Origin: an uncultured Actinomycetota bacterium
GTDB lineage: Bacteria > Actinomycetota > Acidimicrobiia > Spongiisociales > UBA4744
Assembly (NCBI GenBank): GCA_963717135.1
Contig: CAVQVN010000005.1
Span: 126,779 to 190,778 of the forward strand
Direction of reading: 5' to 3'
DNA: 64,000 nt
Position 1 is the first letter of the stretch, and the number at the start of each line of letters is the position of its first letter. The translations under genes were made by a program, and so were the position numbers. This document shows, piece by piece, positions 62,286 through 64,000 of this stretch. The notes beneath the pieces are model-generated. The model was not told the DNA's origin. It did no database searches and saw only the letters and a program-made list of their open reading frames with translations.

Positions 62286-63191
62286 TTGACGCAGCAAGCC
62301 TGCAGCAATTGCGGGGCAAGATTCGAGGACCAGCAGTTCTGTCCCGATTGCGGCCAATGGGTCGACCCCTTGGACGAAACCCACTTCGAAGAGTTCACGC
62401 TGGGGGACTCGCCACCGGTGGACGACGATGAGCTCACCGTCGGCGGACCGGTCGAAACCTCGATCGCCCAGCTCATCAGCTGTCCGTCCTGCGGAGCCGC
62501 CAATCCCGCCCACAACCGGCACTGTGAAGAGTGCGGAGCTCGCATCACTCAGGGACCACTCCCGGTCGCCCCCCAACCGATGATCAGGACAACGGCCGGG
62601 GCGCGGGCTCTCGCTGTGATCCTGGGCGTGGTGGCGGTGGTAGCCGTCCTGGCCTTTGCCTGGAACGCCATCTTTGGCGGCGACGAAGAGCCTGCCCCGG
62701 AGGAAACCACCACCACCTCCACCACTCAACCGACCGCCAGCCAGCAACTCCTGGTGGCATCGGTGGCCTGCTCTAGCACCCTGGAAGTTGCCGGCGACCG
62801 GTTCGCCTGCGCCAACCTCATTGACGGGACCGACCGTTACTGGAACGACCAATCGGCTCAGGGCCGTGAGGCAGAAATCGTGTTCACGTTTGCCGAGCCG
62901 ATGGCTATAGAGCAAATCGTGTTCAAGAATGTGGTCGATGATGAAGCATTCAACAAGAACTACCGGGTGAAAGGATTCGAGATCGTGACCGACGATCTCC
63001 CCGATCGCCCAACCATCGACCAGCTCGACGACGATAACCGGTCCCAACTCATCCTGCTCGCCACTCTTCGCACCCGCCAGTTGACCTTCAGGGTCACCAG
63101 CACTTATGCGGCTGAAGCCGTCGCGGGCGAGACGCCTTTCAACGAACTGGCCATTGACGAGTTCCAGTTTTTCGGAAGGCCGGCAGGCTAG
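62286..63191 (+). CDS. double zinc-ribbon / single-TM / discoidin (F5/8 type C)-like domain protein
   Basis: CSNCGARFEDQQFCPDCG and CPSCGAANPAHNRHCEECG, TM helix ALAVILGVVAVVAVLAFAW. The C-terminal ANLIDGTDRYWNDQ...NELAIDEFQFFG is discoidin-like. TTG start with GAGGAAGGAAG upstream. Confidence 0.65.
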   Translation: MTQQACSNCGARFEDQQFCPDCGQWVDPLDETHFEEFTLGDSPPVDDDELTVGGPVETSIAQLISCPSCGAANPAHNRHCEECGARITQGPLPVAPQPMIRTTAGARALAVILGVVAVVAVLAFAWNAIFGGDEEPAPEETTTTSTTQPTASQQLLVASVACSSTLEVAGDRFACANLIDGTDRYWNDQSAQGREAEIVFTFAEPMAIEQIVFKNVVDDEAFNKNYRVKGFEIVTDDLPDRPTIDQLDDDNRSQLILLATLRTRQLTFRVTSTYAAEAVAGETPFNELAIDEFQFFGRPAG

Positions 63192-63364
63192 GCGCGCTTC
63201 GCTCGCCAGCCGGTGGCAGTTTCCAGGTTTCAACTCCCCGGCTGTTTGTCTCTTTGAAGGTCTTCGGAACATTGTCGGTGGGCACCCATCCCCCTCCCCC
63301 TGGCTGAGCTCGGGTACTTCCCCCTACTCAACGGGCTCCGCTCGTTCAGGGGGGAGGCGCAGGC

Positions 63365-63441
63365 AAGAACTGAGAACTGAACGGGCGGCCCCGGGGGCCG
63401 CCCGACTGACAACTGACAACCGCGAGCGAAGCGAGCTACTC
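63365..63441. repeat. heptad-phased spacer, 11 units, with an embedded 21-nt hairpin
   Basis: AAGAACT GAGAACT GAACGGG CGGCCCC GGGGGCC GCCCGAC TGACAAC TGACAAC CGCGAGC GAAGCGA GCTACTC. Confidence 0.85.
63383..63403. terminator. GC hairpin GGGCGGCC-ccggg-GGCCGCCC between convergent genes
   Basis: 8-bp perfect stem. Length is exactly 21 nt (3 x 7), in register with the flanking heptads. Confidence 0.55.
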
Positions 63442-64000
63442 CTTCACGTACGGCTGGCCGTCGGCTGCGGGTGGCCGCGCTCTGCCGACTACCCCGGCTA
63501 CCACGACCACCGTGACGAGGTAGGGAGCCATCAACAAGAACTCGCCCGGGATCGGCGTCTGAAGGATGGCCAGCTTCGCCTGCAACGAGTCCGCAAAGCC
63601 GAACACCAGAGCGGCACCGAGGGCCCCAACCGGATGCCAGCGGCCGAAGATCATGGCGGCCAAACCGATGAACCCGCGTCCGGCCGACATGTTCTCATCG
63701 AAGGACCCGGCCGACCCGACCGTGAAATAGGCGCCACCGAACCCGGCGATCATGCCCCCCAGCATGACATTGAGGTAGCGGAAACGAAACACGTTGATAC
63801 CCAGCGTGTCGGCTGCTTTGGGGTGCTCACCGACCGCCCGCGACCGCAAACCCCACCGGGTCTTGTACAGCCCGAAAGCAATGACCACCACCAGCACGTA
63901 CATGCCGTACACGAAGAAGTTGTGGTTGAAGAAGATCGGCCCGATGAAGGGTATGTCTCCCAGTAGCGGGACTTTCCAGGCTCGGAAAATCTCGACCCGA
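63436..64000 (-). CDS. ABC transporter permease (simple-sugar/nucleoside BMP-type, YufQ/NupQ-like), C-terminal part; 5' end off the window
   Basis: The track ORF 63436..63912 continues open to 64000 in frame (my translation: RVEIFRAWKVPLLGDIPFIGPIFFNHNFFVYGM...). GRGFIGLAAMIFGRWHPVGA is typical. Confidence 0.8.
   Translation of the reverse strand, partial: RVEIFRAWKVPLLGDIPFIGPIFFNHNFFVYGMYVLVVVIAFGLYKTRWGLRSRAVGEHPKAADTLGINVFRFRYLNVMLGGMIAGFGGAYFTVGSAGSFDENMSAGRGFIGLAAMIFGRWHPVGALGAALVFGFADSLQAKLAILQTPIPGEFLLMAPYLVTVVVVAGVVGRARPPAADGQPYVKE

Noticed and set aside
4040-63441. Heptad arrays as CRISPR arrays
   Set aside because: Units are 7 nt and contiguous, with no spacers, no 25-40-nt repeats and no cas genes in the window.

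Overview
GC-rich bacterial chromosomal segment with an actinobacterial gene repertoire: CarD, DisA-RadA, Bpa proteasome activator, DDN-type deazaflavin oxidoreductase, nitrobindin and WS/DGAT. It is probably Acidimicrobiia-like, but that is inferred from gene content only. I count about 60 protein genes and 2 tRNAs, nearly all housekeeping or metabolic. They include three acyl-CoA dehydrogenases and two Liv-type (HAAT) ABC uptake operons, one with an embedded acyl-CoA synthetase. Also present are MoaE, HtrA plus a Zn-metalloprotease, Bpa plus a PAS histidine kinase, and a ClC channel. One operon encodes a beta-eliminating lyase, a PabB-PabC fusion and a degenerate ABC ATPase. Further genes are an RRM RNA-binding protein, a NYN-LOTUS protein, a GT4 glycosyltransferase, and FAD oxidoreductase / ornithine cyclodeaminase / WS-DGAT. 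The conserved radA-disA-carD-PIN/TRAM-ispD-ispF-cysS-rlmB block is intact. I see no CRISPR array, prophage, integrase, transposase or recognisable defence island. The signal that stands out is non-coding. About half of the larger intergenic spacers are built from phase-coherent 7-nt word arrays (STRR-like) that share a small vocabulary. These arrays often form inverted blocks around terminator hairpins and run over stop codons. One inverted pair brackets a frameshifted Avd-like four-helix-bundle gene. A separate ~65-nt repeat family brackets a DUF559 endonuclease-like gene. All protein calls come from reading the translations; no database search or folding program was run, and start codons are my best choices.
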